49,850 nt of DNA, taken from Chthoniobacteraceae bacterium (GTDB taxonomy: Bacteria > Verrucomicrobiota > Verrucomicrobiia > Chthoniobacterales > Chthoniobacteraceae). The translations under genes and the position numbers were made by a program. The notes below the pieces were generated by a model. It saw only the letters and a program-made list of their open reading frames with translations. It made no database searches and was not told the origin of the DNA. Positions 1 through 10,493 of the stretch are shown here, piece by piece. How positions within the stretch are numbered: the first letter of the stretch is position 1; each line of letters opens with the position of its first letter. Location: positions 1 through 49,850 of the forward strand of contig JANNXQ010000208.1 in the NCBI GenBank assembly GCA_031409655.1, written 5' to 3'.

Positions 1-8
1 CCGGCGCT

Positions 9-121
9 CGGTGGATGGCGCGCTCCGTCGCGCCATGACAAACGCTCGCCGAAGGCCCATCTTCGCAGGGTGGCGCTGCGCGCGGATGTTCTCATGACGC
101 GACGGAACGCGCCATCCACCG
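9..121. repeat. REPIN-like inverted repeat (29-bp arms)
   Basis: Arm 9-37 CGGTGGATGGCGCGCTCCGTCGCGCCATG matches the reverse complement of 93-121 with 2 mismatches; a further copy of the arm lies at 47373-47401. Confidence 0.85.
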
Positions 122-133
122 CGGGCCGGGAGG

Positions 134-151
134 TTTTTCAACAGCCTGCTA
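134..151. mobile_element. Possible IS/MITE terminal inverted repeat
   Basis: TTTTTCAACAGCCTGCTA resembles ends I recall from IS5/IS1182-type elements and derived MITEs; the partner end is not in the window. Confidence 0.4.
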
Positions 152-246
152 AAAGATCCAGGCCCGTCCGTCCTCGTCACACCGTCGCCGCCACTTTGTC
201 GGAAGATGCGATTTGAAGCCGATCGAAATTCAGCCACCCTGCGCGC

Positions 247-1020
247 GTGCCAGCCCACCCCCTCACGCCTCCCGACCAGAGCGGCTTCATGGAGTGCTAC
301 CGCGGCCGCCAGGGCGCGCTTCATCACCTCGCCTACATGCGCATGTCCAAGGTCCTGCTCGCGCTCGATCTCTGCCGCCGGGCCGGGATCACCCTCTCGG
401 GCAAAGACGTCTTCGACTACGGCTTCGGCGCCGGCACCTTCTTCCGCCACTGCCCCCGCGCTAGCCGCCTCTTCGGCGTCGAGATGGATGCGGAAAATGT
501 CGCCGCCGTCCGCGCCATGCTCACTGGGCGCGGACAGACCGCCGATCTCCAGACCATCGATATCGCCCACTGGTCCCAGCATCCCCTGCTGGCGCGAAAG
601 TATCACGTCATCCTCTGCAGCCACGTCCTCGAACATCTGCCCGAGCCCGCCGCCTTCCTCACCCGCCTGCGCGAATGCCTGCACCCCGGCGGCGCCTTCA
701 TCGGCCTCGTCCCCATCAATGAACGCGTCCTGGACCCCCACCACGTCCAGCCCCTCGACGAAGCAAAAATCCGCGCCCTCGCCACCGCCGCCGGCCTGCG
801 CGTCACTGACTACGTCGAAGCCGACCCCTGGCTCTACTGGCTCCAACCCATCTGGACCTCCGAGACCGGCCTGCGGCACAAAGTAGCGCAAGCCCTGAGC
901 TTCGGCCTTGGCCTCCTCGCCACCACCCTCGGCCCCCGACTCTGGTCCACCGCAGGCCACCTCGCCCGCCCCCTCACCCTCGGAAAGTTCACCCAAGCCG
1001 CCTTTATCCTCACGTGCTAA
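247..1020 (+). CDS. Class I SAM-dependent methyltransferase
   Basis: Motif I VFDYGFGAG, GVEMD, CSHVLEHL, LHPGG; start GTG247 or ATG289. Confidence 0.85.
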   Translation: MPAHPLTPPDQSGFMECYRGRQGALHHLAYMRMSKVLLALDLCRRAGITLSGKDVFDYGFGAGTFFRHCPRASRLFGVEMDAENVAAVRAMLTGRGQTADLQTIDIAHWSQHPLLARKYHVILCSHVLEHLPEPAAFLTRLRECLHPGGAFIGLVPINERVLDPHHVQPLDEAKIRALATAAGLRVTDYVEADPWLYWLQPIWTSETGLRHKVAQALSFGLGLLATTLGPRLWSTAGHLARPLTLGKFTQAAFILTC

Positions 1021-1120
1021 TATGCCGGAACGATGCAGTGGGCATCGATGGTCGAAAGTGTGGGAGCCCCGCTGGAGTGGCGTCACAACTCCTCATGCCA
1101 ATCTCAAACAACAAGGAGCC

Positions 1121-1177
1121 CCCGGGGTAGCGCGGGGCGCGCAACCTCGAGCTGGAGGATGGAACGGCGTTGGTGTT
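1121..1177. repeat. Degenerate REP-like element
   Basis: GGGGTAGCGCGGGGCGCGCAACC hairpin followed by GGAACGGCGTTGGTGTT; intergenic. Confidence 0.45.
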
Positions 1178-1249
1178 CGCGGCGGAGAGAAATTCCGTTC
1201 GGAGGTCGCGGCGCTCGGGGCGAAGGAAGCAGGCGGAAGAGTGAAGGAT

Positions 1250-1417
1250 GAGGCGTCCCGCTCGCAGTTTCGGTCGTCCCGCTCGCGAGAGGCGGCGTTT
1301 TGGTCGCAGGGCGGGGCGTTCGCTTCGCAGGATGGGGCGTTCCCGTCGCATGTTCGGCCGCTCCTGTCGCGGAATTGCGGATCGGCGACGCCGGGCTGCG
1401 GAAGATGCCCGCCGGGC
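1250..1417. repeat. Degenerate 21-bp tandem repeat (about 8 units)
   Basis: Units GAGGCGTCCCGCTCGCAGTTT / CGGTCGTCCCGCTCGCGAGAG / GCGGCGTTTTGGTCGCAGGGC / GGGGCGTTCGCTTCGCAGGAT / GGGGCGTTCCCGTCGCATGTT with TCGC in constant phase. Confidence 0.7.
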
Positions 1418-1576
1418 GCGACGGTCTTACTTGCCGCCGCTGCCCACGGCGCGCACCCAGGGCCGATGCTGTAGTCGGTGCGGTCATTTAAGGCGCCGGG
1501 TGAGGCGATCATGGGAATGTGACTTGAGCGGAGGAAGCGGATCAACGAGTCTCCGCGGCTTACCAACCTTGCCCTT

Positions 1577-3217
1577 TTGAAAGTCGCCCTAGCTCAACTT
1601 GATACCACCGTCGGCGACCTCGCTGGGAATGAGGGGAAGATCCTCGCGGCGTATCGGCGGGCGGTGGAGGCGGGGGTGGAGTTGGCGGTCTTTCCGGAGC
1701 TGGCGATCACGGGGTATCCGCCGCGGGATCTTTTGCACAAGTCGCGCTTCATCCCGGATAATCTCGCGGTGCTGGAGCGGCTCGCGACGGCGACGGGGGA
1801 GGTGGGGATGCTGGTCGGTTACGTGGGGCTGAATGAAACGCGGCCCGGTCGGGAGGCGACGAACTCGGTGGCGCTGCTGCAGCGCGGAAGGGTCGTCGCG
1901 GTGCGCTCGAAGTCGCTGCTGCCGACTTACGATGTCTTTGACGAAGATCGTTACTTTGAACCGGCGCAGGAAAATGCGGTGGTGGAATTCAACGGACGCA
2001 AGATCGGGGTGACCGTCTGTGAGGACGTGTGGAATGATGAGGAGTTTTGGCAGGACCGGCGCTATCGGCGGAATCCGGCGCGGGAACTCGTGGCAGCGGG
2101 CGCGGAGATTCTCTTCAATGTCTCGGCGTCGCCGTGGCAGCTCGGGAAAGATCAGACGCGGCAGCGGATGCTCGCGAGTCTCGTGGGCCGGGTGCGGGTG
2201 CCTTTCGTGTACTGCAATCTCGTGGGCGGGAATGATGAGCTGATCTTTGACGGCGCGAGCCTGGTGTATAACGGCGCCGGGCAGCTCATCGCGGAGGGGG
2301 CCATGTGCCGGGAAGATTTTCTGGTCGTGGATACCGAGGCCACGCAGCCGATCGCGCCCGCGGTGCTCGTGGAGGAGGAGAAGCTCTATCGGGCGCTGGT
2401 GCTCGGGCTGCGCGATTACATGCACAAGTGCGGCTTTCGCTCGGCAGTGCTCGGGGTGAGTGGCGGGATCGATTCGGCACTCACGGCCGTGATCGCGGTC
2501 GAGGCGCTGGGCCGGGAAAATGTGCGCGGCATCTCGCTGCCCTCGCAGTATTCCTCGGAAGGCAGCCTCAATGACGCGCGCCTCCTCGCGGAAAATCTGG
2601 GCATCCAATACGACGTGGTCGCGATCCAGCCGATGTTTGAATCGGCGAAGATACAGTTGCGCCCGATCTTTGCGGGCAAGGCCGAGGATACCGCGGAGGA
2701 AAATATCCAGGCGCGGCTGCGCGGCGTGACGCTCATGGCGATGTCGAATAAGTTTGGCTCGCTGCTCCTGACCACGGGTAACAAGAGCGAACTGGCGGTC
2801 GGCTACTGCACGCTCTACGGCGACATGTGCGGCGGGCTCGCGGTGATCAGCGACGTGCCGAAGACGACCGTCTATCGGCTCTCGGAGTGGATCAATCGCG
2901 AGCAGGAGATCATCCCGCGCAACACCATCACGAAGCCGCCATCCGCGGAGCTGCGGCCGGATCAGACGGATCAGGATTCGCTGCCGCCTTACGACGTGCT
3001 CGACGCGATTCTCGAGCAATATGTGGTCGAGGGAAAATCGCGCGCGGAGATCGAGAAGGCGGGCTTTGATCGTCCGACGGTGGACCGCATCGTGCGCCTC
3101 ATCGACCTGAATGAATACAAGCGCCGCCAGGCCGCACCGGGGATCAAGGTCACGAGCAAAGCCTTCGGCGTCGGCCGCCGGATGCCGATCGCGCAGCGGT
3201 ATCGGGATGCCTCGTAG
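1577..3217 (+). CDS. nadE: Glutamine-dependent NAD+ synthase
   Basis: N-terminal nitrilase domain (FPEL, K..LPTYDVFDE, VCED) plus synthase domain (SGGIDS, ENIQAR, TTGNKSE, PSAELRPDQ). Confidence 0.97.
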   Translation: MKVALAQLDTTVGDLAGNEGKILAAYRRAVEAGVELAVFPELAITGYPPRDLLHKSRFIPDNLAVLERLATATGEVGMLVGYVGLNETRPGREATNSVALLQRGRVVAVRSKSLLPTYDVFDEDRYFEPAQENAVVEFNGRKIGVTVCEDVWNDEEFWQDRRYRRNPARELVAAGAEILFNVSASPWQLGKDQTRQRMLASLVGRVRVPFVYCNLVGGNDELIFDGASLVYNGAGQLIAEGAMCREDFLVVDTEATQPIAPAVLVEEEKLYRALVLGLRDYMHKCGFRSAVLGVSGGIDSALTAVIAVEALGRENVRGISLPSQYSSEGSLNDARLLAENLGIQYDVVAIQPMFESAKIQLRPIFAGKAEDTAEENIQARLRGVTLMAMSNKFGSLLLTTGNKSELAVGYCTLYGDMCGGLAVISDVPKTTVYRLSEWINREQEIIPRNTITKPPSAELRPDQTDQDSLPPYDVLDAILEQYVVEGKSRAEIEKAGFDRPTVDRIVRLIDLNEYKRRQAAPGIKVTSKAFGVGRRMPIAQRYRDAS

Positions 3218-3220
3218 GAC

Positions 3221-3279
3221 GCGGACGGACGAGGGATGCGCATCGTCACCCGCCGTTTACGCATCCGTCATCCATCTGC
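3221..3279. repeat. Imperfect inverted repeat between nadE and the dehydrogenase gene
   Basis: 3221-3240 vs reverse complement of 3260-3279, 16/20 identical. Confidence 0.5.
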
Positions 3280-3310
3280 CACTCGGATTTCGTTTCTCTC
3301 TGGCACTCTC

Positions 3311-4564
3311 ATGAAAACCCTCCAATCCGCCTCCGTCTGTGGTCTCGGCAAACTCGGCGCGTGTATCGCCGCCACGCTCGCCGTACGCGGCTTCGATGTC
3401 ATCGGCGTCGATATCGACCCCGAGAAAGTCCGCAAACTCAACGCCGGCGAAGCGCCGGTCGATGAGCCGCTGCTCGCGGAGACGGTCGCAGAAGGAAAGG
3501 CGCGGCTGCGCGCCACGGCTGATCACCGCGAGGTCGTCGGCACGGATGTAACCTTCTTCATCCCGCCGTCGCCGAGTCTGCCGGATGGGAGCTTTGCCAC
3601 GGAGTATCTGCTGCGCGCGATGCAGCCGGTGGCTGCGGCGGTGAAGGCGGCGGGGAAAAAGGGGCACCTCTTCGTCTGTAGTTCGACGACCACTCCCGGC
3701 GCCATGGATTCGGTGCTCATTCCGATGCTGGAGAAGGAGACCGGCGGGAAGTGCGGCGTGGATTTTGGGGTCTGCTACAATCCGGAATTCATCGCCTTGG
3801 GTGATGTGATCAATGGGCTGCTCGATCCCGATCTCGTGCTCATCGGCGAGTCCGATCCAGCCAGCGGCGCAGCGCTCGAGGCGCTCTACCGGCGCTACAA
3901 TCGCAACCAACCGCGCATCGCCCGGATGTCGCTCATCAGCGCGGAGCTGACGAAGATTTCGCTGAACAGCTACATCACGATGAAGATCAGCTTCACGAAC
4001 CAGCTCCGGATGATCGCCGGGCAGTTCGAGCAGGCGAGCATCCACGACATCCTCGCGGCGATCGGCAGCGACTCACGCATCGGCTCGAAGTATCTCAAGC
4101 CCGGCCTGAGCTTCGGCGGGCCGTGCTTTCCGCGCGACAATCGCCTGCTCGCCTATACCGCCCGGCAGGTGGGTCTGGAGGCGCCGATGGCCGAGGCGAC
4201 GGACCGCGTGAACGAACTCACCAAGGAGAGTCTTTTCCAGGAGGCTCAGGCGCTCGTGGCGAAAGGCGAGACCGTCGCCATCTTCGGCGTCTCCTACAAA
4301 CCCAACACTTACATCGTCGAAGAATCCGCGGGCCTTTTCCTCGCGCAGCAACTCAAGCGCAGTGGCCGGCGCGTGCTCATCCACGACGGCGCGGCGTTGC
4401 CGGCAAACAGTCCCGCGCTGCATGAGTTTGAAATGCTCGCCGACCCTGCGGCGCTTGATGGGGTGAAGCTCGTGGTGGTGTGCTGTCCGTGGCCGCAGTA
4501 TCGGAAACTGCAGTTCCCAGCGGGCGTGCGCGTGCTGGATTACTGGGGCGTGACGGCAGGCTGA
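3311..4564 (+). CDS. UDP-glucose/GDP-mannose dehydrogenase family protein
   Basis: GLGKLG Rossmann motif, YNPEF, AELTK, catalytic GGPCFPRD, GVSYK. Confidence 0.92.
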   Translation: MKTLQSASVCGLGKLGACIAATLAVRGFDVIGVDIDPEKVRKLNAGEAPVDEPLLAETVAEGKARLRATADHREVVGTDVTFFIPPSPSLPDGSFATEYLLRAMQPVAAAVKAAGKKGHLFVCSSTTTPGAMDSVLIPMLEKETGGKCGVDFGVCYNPEFIALGDVINGLLDPDLVLIGESDPASGAALEALYRRYNRNQPRIARMSLISAELTKISLNSYITMKISFTNQLRMIAGQFEQASIHDILAAIGSDSRIGSKYLKPGLSFGGPCFPRDNRLLAYTARQVGLEAPMAEATDRVNELTKESLFQEAQALVAKGETVAIFGVSYKPNTYIVEESAGLFLAQQLKRSGRRVLIHDGAALPANSPALHEFEMLADPAALDGVKLVVVCCPWPQYRKLQFPAGVRVLDYWGVTAG

Positions 4565-4571
4565 CGCGAGT

Positions 4572-7172
4572 TCACTCCTCCCTCACCGCCTCCGCCACGG
4601 GCGCGAGACTCGCTCGCCAGGCGGGATACCAGGCCGCGAGCAAGGTTGCCGGGACGATCCAGAGTGGCGTGGCGAGGAGCGTCGGCCAGGGCAGGCGCAG
4701 ATCGATGGTCCAGCCGAAGAAGGCAGGATTCACGACGAACGTGAGGACCAGCGCGAGGAGCAGGCCCGCGCCAAGACCGAGGGCGGTGGCCAGCAAGCCG
4801 ATCATCCCCGACTCCGCCATGAAGAGCGCGCGGATCTGGCCACGCGAAGCACCGATCGCCCGGAGCATCCCGATCTCGCGGGCGCGCTCCGCGACGAGCG
4901 TCGTGACGGAGAGAAAGATCCCGGCGATCGCCACGATGATGGCCACGGTGCGCAGGATGTAAGTGACCGCGAAGGTTTGATCGAAGATCACGAAGATGCG
5001 CTCCCGCAGGCTGCGATTCGAGTAGATGAGATATTCCCCGGCTCTGCTGAATTGCGACCGAAAGCCCTCGGCCAGCGCTTCCGACGCCACGCCCGGTTGG
5101 AGATAGACGGCGAGCGAGAAGATGCGCGGGTCGTCCCAAAACCGCGCGTAACTGCCCCGCTCCATGAGCATCACGCCCTGATCGCGGGTGAAGTCGGAAT
5201 AGACACCCGCGATCTCAAATGCCACCGGTCCACGCGGCGTCACGATGCGCACGGACTCTCCCGCCTGCACTCCGTAACGCCGGGCAAAGGGCTCCGAGAC
5301 CGCGATGCAACCCTCGCGGAAGACGCGCTCCATTTTCCCCGCATCGTCGCCGCCGATGAAGGTGAGATTGCCGCGATAGGTGCCTTTCACGATCGCCAGC
5401 AAGGCGGGCTGCGGCGGGCGCCCGTCCACCGCGACGTTCACATTTTGCTCGCGGAAGGTGTCCACCGACCGGACCTCGGGCCGGGCTTCGAGCCATGCGG
5501 TCACTTCCGGCGGAATCTCTGCTCCGAGGCCGATGGTTTCATTGGAGGCGGGGGCGATGAAAAGATCCGCGACGATGCCGCGCTCGATCCACGCATTCAC
5601 GCTACTGCGGAAGGAGAAGATCATGACGACCAGGGCGACCATCATGGCGATGGCCGCGGAGAGCGCGGCGACGGTGATCGCATTGCGCTGCACGGAGCGG
5701 CGGAGATTCTGCCCGGCGAGGCGGACGAGAATGCCCGCACTCGCAAAGCGGCTCGCGACCGCACCGCCGAGGGCCGTGAGCGCCGGCGCGAAGAGCGCCG
5801 CGCCCGCCAGCACGAAGAACGCGGCGAGGAAGCCCAGCCAAGCCGGACCGCGCTGCAAGGCGGCCCACGAAGCCACTCCCGCCAGCACCAGACCCACCCA
5901 GCCGAGCCAGCCCCAGCGCCGCGCCTTCGCCCTTTCGGGTTCCAGGAGCGCGCCGAGACTGAGTGCGCCGACCGGGTTCACGCGGGCCGCCGCACTGGCC
6001 GGAATCCAAGCGCCGATCAGGACGGAGCCGATGCCGAAGATCGCGGCGGTGAGAAATTGCGCGGGATGCAGGTAGCTGCGGTCGATGCTCAGCAGGACGT
6101 AGAGCGAGGTGATCGTCTGCTCGACCGCGCCGGTGAGCACCCGCGCCAACGCGACGCCGCCGACGGCACCCAGGACGATGCCGAGCACGCCGAAGACGCA
6201 CGCTTCGCCGAGAAAAAGACAGCGCACCTCGAACTGCGTGACGCCGAGCGCGCGGAGGATGCCGATCTCCACGCGCCGCCGGGCCACGGAGGCGGCGATG
6301 GTATTGTAGATGAGGAAGACGCCGACGAGCAGCGAGACCATGCTCAGGGCGCTGAGATTGAGCTGAAAGGCGGAGAGCATCGTCTGCACTTGCGCGCTGC
6401 GCTGGCGGGGCGGGGCGACGAGCACGTCAGGTGGGAGCAGCGTTTGCAGTTGCTCGGCGACGGCGGCCGCGCGCGTGGGTTCTTCGAGGAGAAAAAGCAG
6501 GGAGGATAGTCGGCCCGCGCGGCCGAAGAGTTCCTGCGCCCAGCCGAGGTCCATGACGGCGAAGCGCTCCTGCGCCGCGGCAGGCGATTCGCTCGACGGA
6601 ATCAGCGCGAGCACGCGCGCCTGCTGGACCGTGCCATTCCCGAGCACCCGCAGACTGCTGCCGACCCCGAGCCCGTACTTGCGCGCAAATTCCTCGCCGA
6701 CCGCCAGCCCGCCTGGCTGCCCGAGCCAGTCCTCCATCGCGAGCCGCTCCTCTTTTCCGCGCAGCTCAAAGGTGCGGAAGGCCTCACCGGTGAAGATGTC
6801 CAGGCCGAGGACGCGAAGATACTCTCCGGGAAAATCCGGCAAGGTAACGACGCCTTCCACCGTGGCGGTCATCGCCCGCACACCCGGCTGCTTCAGGAGC
6901 TTTGGCCAAAGCGTTTCATCAATCTCCCCACGCACTTCGAGATGCGCCCGCCCGGCCACGAGATCCACACTTGCCGCGAAGGATCGCGTGGCGCTGTGAT
7001 TGGCGATCTGGATCGCGAGATAAACCGCGATGCCCAGCGCGACGCTGAGCACATTCAGCAGCGCCAGCAGCCGGTGCCGCCGCAGGTGCCGCACGACGTG
7101 CCAGAGGAAGATCCGCCAAAACTGGCTGCGCCCGCGCAGCGGGGCAGTGATTTCAGGCGAGGCGTCTCTCAT
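4572..7172 (-). CDS. ABC transporter permease (two FtsX-like/MacB halves)
   Basis: Two 'R..EIG.LRA.G' motifs, multiple TM segments, 866 aa. Confidence 0.92.
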   Translation of the reverse strand: MRDASPEITAPLRGRSQFWRIFLWHVVRHLRRHRLLALLNVLSVALGIAVYLAIQIANHSATRSFAASVDLVAGRAHLEVRGEIDETLWPKLLKQPGVRAMTATVEGVVTLPDFPGEYLRVLGLDIFTGEAFRTFELRGKEERLAMEDWLGQPGGLAVGEEFARKYGLGVGSSLRVLGNGTVQQARVLALIPSSESPAAAQERFAVMDLGWAQELFGRAGRLSSLLFLLEEPTRAAAVAEQLQTLLPPDVLVAPPRQRSAQVQTMLSAFQLNLSALSMVSLLVGVFLIYNTIAASVARRRVEIGILRALGVTQFEVRCLFLGEACVFGVLGIVLGAVGGVALARVLTGAVEQTITSLYVLLSIDRSYLHPAQFLTAAIFGIGSVLIGAWIPASAAARVNPVGALSLGALLEPERAKARRWGWLGWVGLVLAGVASWAALQRGPAWLGFLAAFFVLAGAALFAPALTALGGAVASRFASAGILVRLAGQNLRRSVQRNAITVAALSAAIAMMVALVVMIFSFRSSVNAWIERGIVADLFIAPASNETIGLGAEIPPEVTAWLEARPEVRSVDTFREQNVNVAVDGRPPQPALLAIVKGTYRGNLTFIGGDDAGKMERVFREGCIAVSEPFARRYGVQAGESVRIVTPRGPVAFEIAGVYSDFTRDQGVMLMERGSYARFWDDPRIFSLAVYLQPGVASEALAEGFRSQFSRAGEYLIYSNRSLRERIFVIFDQTFAVTYILRTVAIIVAIAGIFLSVTTLVAERAREIGMLRAIGASRGQIRALFMAESGMIGLLATALGLGAGLLLALVLTFVVNPAFFGWTIDLRLPWPTLLATPLWIVPATLLAAWYPAWRASLAPVAEAVREE

Positions 7173-7221
7173 GGCGCGCAGCGTCTCCCGACTCCGCCCG
7201 CGTGTCCATCAAGGCGTCTTC

Positions 7222-7280
7222 AAGGAGTCGGGGCGCCCTCGCCCCATAATCTCCTCGGGGCGAGGGCGCCCCTGCTCCTT
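7222..7280. repeat. REP-like inverted repeat (24-bp arms)
   Basis: AAGGAGTCGGGGCGCCCTCGCCCC ... GGGGCGAGGGCGCCCCTGCTCCTT, 2 mismatches. Confidence 0.8.
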
Positions 7281-7292
7281 GGCTGGCCGGCG

Positions 7293-7868
7293 TCACGCGC
7301 GATGGGCGCGGCGGACGAGCAAGGCCTGCCATTTCTCGATGAGTCGCAGCAAACCGCCATCGAGCGAGAGCGCGCGCACTTCCGCCAGGGTGAACCAGCG
7401 GAGCGCATGGCTCTCGTCGCTCACGACCGGCTCGGCGCCTTCCGGAGCGATGAGCACGAAGCGGATGTCGTAGTGAAAATGCGGCGGCTCACCGCGTTTC
7501 GGATTCTCGGGGATCGCGTGAATATCGACGTCAAAGGGTCGGCGCGACGTGGTGATGAGCCCCGTGATGCCGGACTCTTCCTCCGCCTCTCGCAGCGCCA
7601 CGCGGAGCACCTCCTCATCGCCATCGCAGTGCCCGCCAAATTGCAGCCAACGATCGAGAAACTTATGGTGATGGAGCAAAGCACGTGACCCATCCGCGCT
7701 GACCACCAGCGCACTGCCGGTGAAGTGCCCGGGAAAACAGGTGCGCAAAAAGCAGTCCGGCTTTGCCTCCAGCAGGGTGAGCATCCGATCGCGATGCGTG
7801 GCCTCATCGGCCCCGGCGGCGAGATCGAGCGCGGCGAGTTGCTGGCGGAGTTCGGAGCGGGTGTTCAT
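7293..7868 (-). CDS. NUDIX hydrolase
   Basis: GHFTGSA, Nudix box GGHCDGDEEVLRVALREAEEESG, H.HYDIRF. Confidence 0.9.
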   Translation of the reverse strand: MNTRSELRQQLAALDLAAGADEATHRDRMLTLLEAKPDCFLRTCFPGHFTGSALVVSADGSRALLHHHKFLDRWLQFGGHCDGDEEVLRVALREAEEESGITGLITTSRRPFDVDIHAIPENPKRGEPPHFHYDIRFVLIAPEGAEPVVSDESHALRWFTLAEVRALSLDGGLLRLIEKWQALLVRRAHRA

Positions 7869-8003
7869 GGATCGTGACGGGCGGACCCTACCGACGCCGA
7901 CCCCCGGAGCGCAATGCACTGAACTTCTTGAAGGTCACCGCCACTCGGGCGATGATCCTCCAGGTTTTACCGCAGGAAAAACTCCCCTGCCACCCCACGC
8001 CCT

Positions 8004-8447
8004 ATGGAACAGCTCGTCACCATCGCCACCTTCAACACGAAGGAACCTGCCGAACAACTCGCCACTCGCCTGCGCGAACTCGGCTATCACTCCGAGGTCC
8101 ACGACGAATCGAATGAACAGAAGTGGAAGCTCTTTAACCTCACGCCGCGGGCGCATCTGCGACTCCGGGTGCATTCCAGCGAGGAAGATCGCGCGCTCGC
8201 CTTACTTCAGGAATGGCAGAGCGACCCGGCGATGACTGCTGCGGTGCATTGCCCCGAGTGCAGTTCCTCGCGCATCGAGTTCCCGCAATTTTCCCGCAAG
8301 ACTCTCATCGGTGCGCTCCCCTCGGCGCTCGCCGCCGCGGGCGTCATCGATCAAAGCTATTTCTGCGAAGCGTGTAACTTCACCTGGCCAGGGGAGGAGC
8401 CCGACCCCGCGCCGGAACTCGACCGGCTGAACTGGCCGAAGCGGTAG
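8004..8447 (+). CDS. DUF2007-like protein with split Zn-ribbon
   Basis: LVTIATF...A.....L N-terminus; CPEC and CEAC pairs. Confidence 0.7.
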   Translation: MEQLVTIATFNTKEPAEQLATRLRELGYHSEVHDESNEQKWKLFNLTPRAHLRLRVHSSEEDRALALLQEWQSDPAMTAAVHCPECSSSRIEFPQFSRKTLIGALPSALAAAGVIDQSYFCEACNFTWPGEEPDPAPELDRLNWPKR

Positions 8448-8458
8448 GCCGCGCGGAG

Positions 8459-9331
8459 TTACTTTTTCGCGAAGCGGCTGGCCCAGAGGAAGGTGGGGTG
8501 CTCGACCTGAAAGGTGCGGCGCTCGGCAGGGACGGCGAGGGTGTAAATGGAGTAAGTCAGCTTCTTCGGAAAATAGACGCCGGCGAAGAGGCGGCGCACG
8601 CGGTGTTGCAAGACCCAAAGGGGGGCGAGGCGCTGGGCCCAGCGGGGGGCGGTCTCGCGGAGGCGGACCTGCTCGGCGATGGCGTGTGGCTGGGTGATGA
8701 GATTGTCGCCGGTATCGGTGAAGGCGGCGAGGAAGCGGCGCAGGACGGCGGTGCGGGCGCGCTTGCGGAGGAGATCGAGCACCCAGGCGGAGTCGCCATT
8801 CGCCCGGTAGCTGGGGTCAAAGTAGAGCCCGTGCTGCTCGATGAAGCGGCGGCGGTAGAAGGTGGCGGCGGTGAGGATGCCGAGGGTGCAAATCTGCGTG
8901 TGCAAGCGGGTGGGCCGGACGACGGGCCGGCTGCAAAGATAGGCGCCCCTTTCATCGACGACCACGGAATCGCCGAAGAGCACATCCACCTTGGGATGCG
9001 CGGTGAAAAAGCGGTCCACCTCGGCGAGGGTGCCGGGGAGGTATTGCTCATCGCAATTCAGGTAGGCGCAGATCTCGCCGGTGGCGCGGCGGAGGCCGCG
9101 GTTCACCGCGTCGTACATGCCGGCGTCCTTTTCAGAGATGAAGGAAAAGGAGCCGGGCGGGCGCACGCGTTTCCACTGCTCGGCCCAGGCCTCCATCTCC
9201 GGCCCGGAGCCGGCGTCCTGCACGAGGTGCTCGAGGGTCACGCCGGTCTGATCGGCGATCGAGGCCGCGCAAAGCTGGAGCCAGGCGGGTTGGCGGAAGC
9301 TCGGGGTGACGATGGAAAAGCGCGGGGCCAT
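8459..9331 (-). CDS. Glycosyltransferase family 2
   Basis: [29 protein letters not shown]. Confidence 0.92.
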   Translation of the reverse strand: MAPRFSIVTPSFRQPAWLQLCAASIADQTGVTLEHLVQDAGSGPEMEAWAEQWKRVRPPGSFSFISEKDAGMYDAVNRGLRRATGEICAYLNCDEQYLPGTLAEVDRFFTAHPKVDVLFGDSVVVDERGAYLCSRPVVRPTRLHTQICTLGILTAATFYRRRFIEQHGLYFDPSYRANGDSAWVLDLLRKRARTAVLRRFLAAFTDTGDNLITQPHAIAEQVRLRETAPRWAQRLAPLWVLQHRVRRLFAGVYFPKKLTYSIYTLAVPAERRTFQVEHPTFLWASRFAKK

Positions 9332-9440
9332 GCGGACGCCCACCCTGCGCAAGCGTCCCGGCCGGGGCAAGGCGCTCCTCCTTCCCGCTTCCCATCACCC
9401 GGCGGCCCTGCTACCCATCCCGGCCCCTTTCCACTTCTTC

Positions 9441-10493
9441 ATGAGCGTCGCACTTGTCACCGGTTCCGCAGGCCTCATCGGGTCAGAGACCTGTCAGCGT
9501 TTTCACGCGGAGGGCCTGGGGATCGCCGGGATCGACAATGACCTGCGGGCGCGCTTTTTCGGCCCAGAGGCTTCGACTTCGACAACCCGCGCGCGACTCG
9601 AGGGGGAGCTGAAGAATTACACCCATGCGGCGATCGATATCCGCGATGCGGAAGCGGTGCGCGGGGTCTTTGCGCGCTACGGCTCGGCGATCAAGGTCGT
9701 GGTGCATACGGCGGCCCAGCCTTCGCACGACTGGGCGGCGCGGGAGCCGCACACGGACTTCGGCGTCAATGCGGTGGGCACGCTCAACGTCCTGGAAGCC
9801 ACGCGCGAGTGCTGTCCGGAGGCCGTCTTCATCTTCACGAGCACCAACAAGGTCTATGGCGACACGCCGAATCGCCTGCCGCTGCTCGAACAGGAGAAAC
9901 GCTGGGAGATCGATCCGGCGCACGCCTTCCGCGAAGGGATCGACGAGACCATGTCGATCGACCAGACGAAACACAGCCTCTTCGGCGCCTCGAAGGTCGC
10001 GGCGGATGTGCTCGTGCAGGAGTACGGACGTTACTTTGGCCTCAAGACGGCGTGCTTCCGGGGCGGCTGTCTCACCGGGCCCGCTCATGCGGGCACGGAG
10101 TTGCATGGCTTCCTCGCTTACCTGATGAAATGCACGGTGAGCGGCAAGCCTTACCGGGTCTTTGGTTACAAGGGGAAACAAGTGCGGGATAACATTCACA
10201 GCCACGATCTGGTGGAAGCTTTCTGGCAGTTCTTTCAAGCGCCGCGCGTGGGGGAAGTCTATAACATGGGTGGGAGCCGCCACTCGAATTGCTCGATGCT
10301 GGAAGCCATCGACATCTGCGAGGCGATCAGTGGTCGGAAGCTGGACTGGACCTATGTGGAAGATAATCGCATCGGCGATCATATCTGGTGGGTGAGCGAT
10401 GTGCGTCGCTTTGAAGGGCATTATCCGGGCTGGAAGTACCGTTACGGCTTGCCAGAAATCCTCGGGGAGATCCATGACGCCTGCACCGCCTAA
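9441..10493 (+). CDS. NAD-dependent epimerase/dehydratase (CDP-paratose 2-epimerase-like)
   Basis: [36 protein letters not shown]. Confidence 0.9.
   Translation: MSVALVTGSAGLIGSETCQRFHAEGLGIAGIDNDLRARFFGPEASTSTTRARLEGELKNYTHAAIDIRDAEAVRGVFARYGSAIKVVVHTAAQPSHDWAAREPHTDFGVNAVGTLNVLEATRECCPEAVFIFTSTNKVYGDTPNRLPLLEQEKRWEIDPAHAFREGIDETMSIDQTKHSLFGASKVAADVLVQEYGRYFGLKTACFRGGCLTGPAHAGTELHGFLAYLMKCTVSGKPYRVFGYKGKQVRDNIHSHDLVEAFWQFFQAPRVGEVYNMGGSRHSNCSMLEAIDICEAISGRKLDWTYVEDNRIGDHIWWVSDVRRFEGHYPGWKYRYGLPEILGEIHDACTA

Noticed and set aside
1250..1417. Possible CRISPR array
   Set aside because: Contiguous 21-bp degenerate units without spacers; no cas genes
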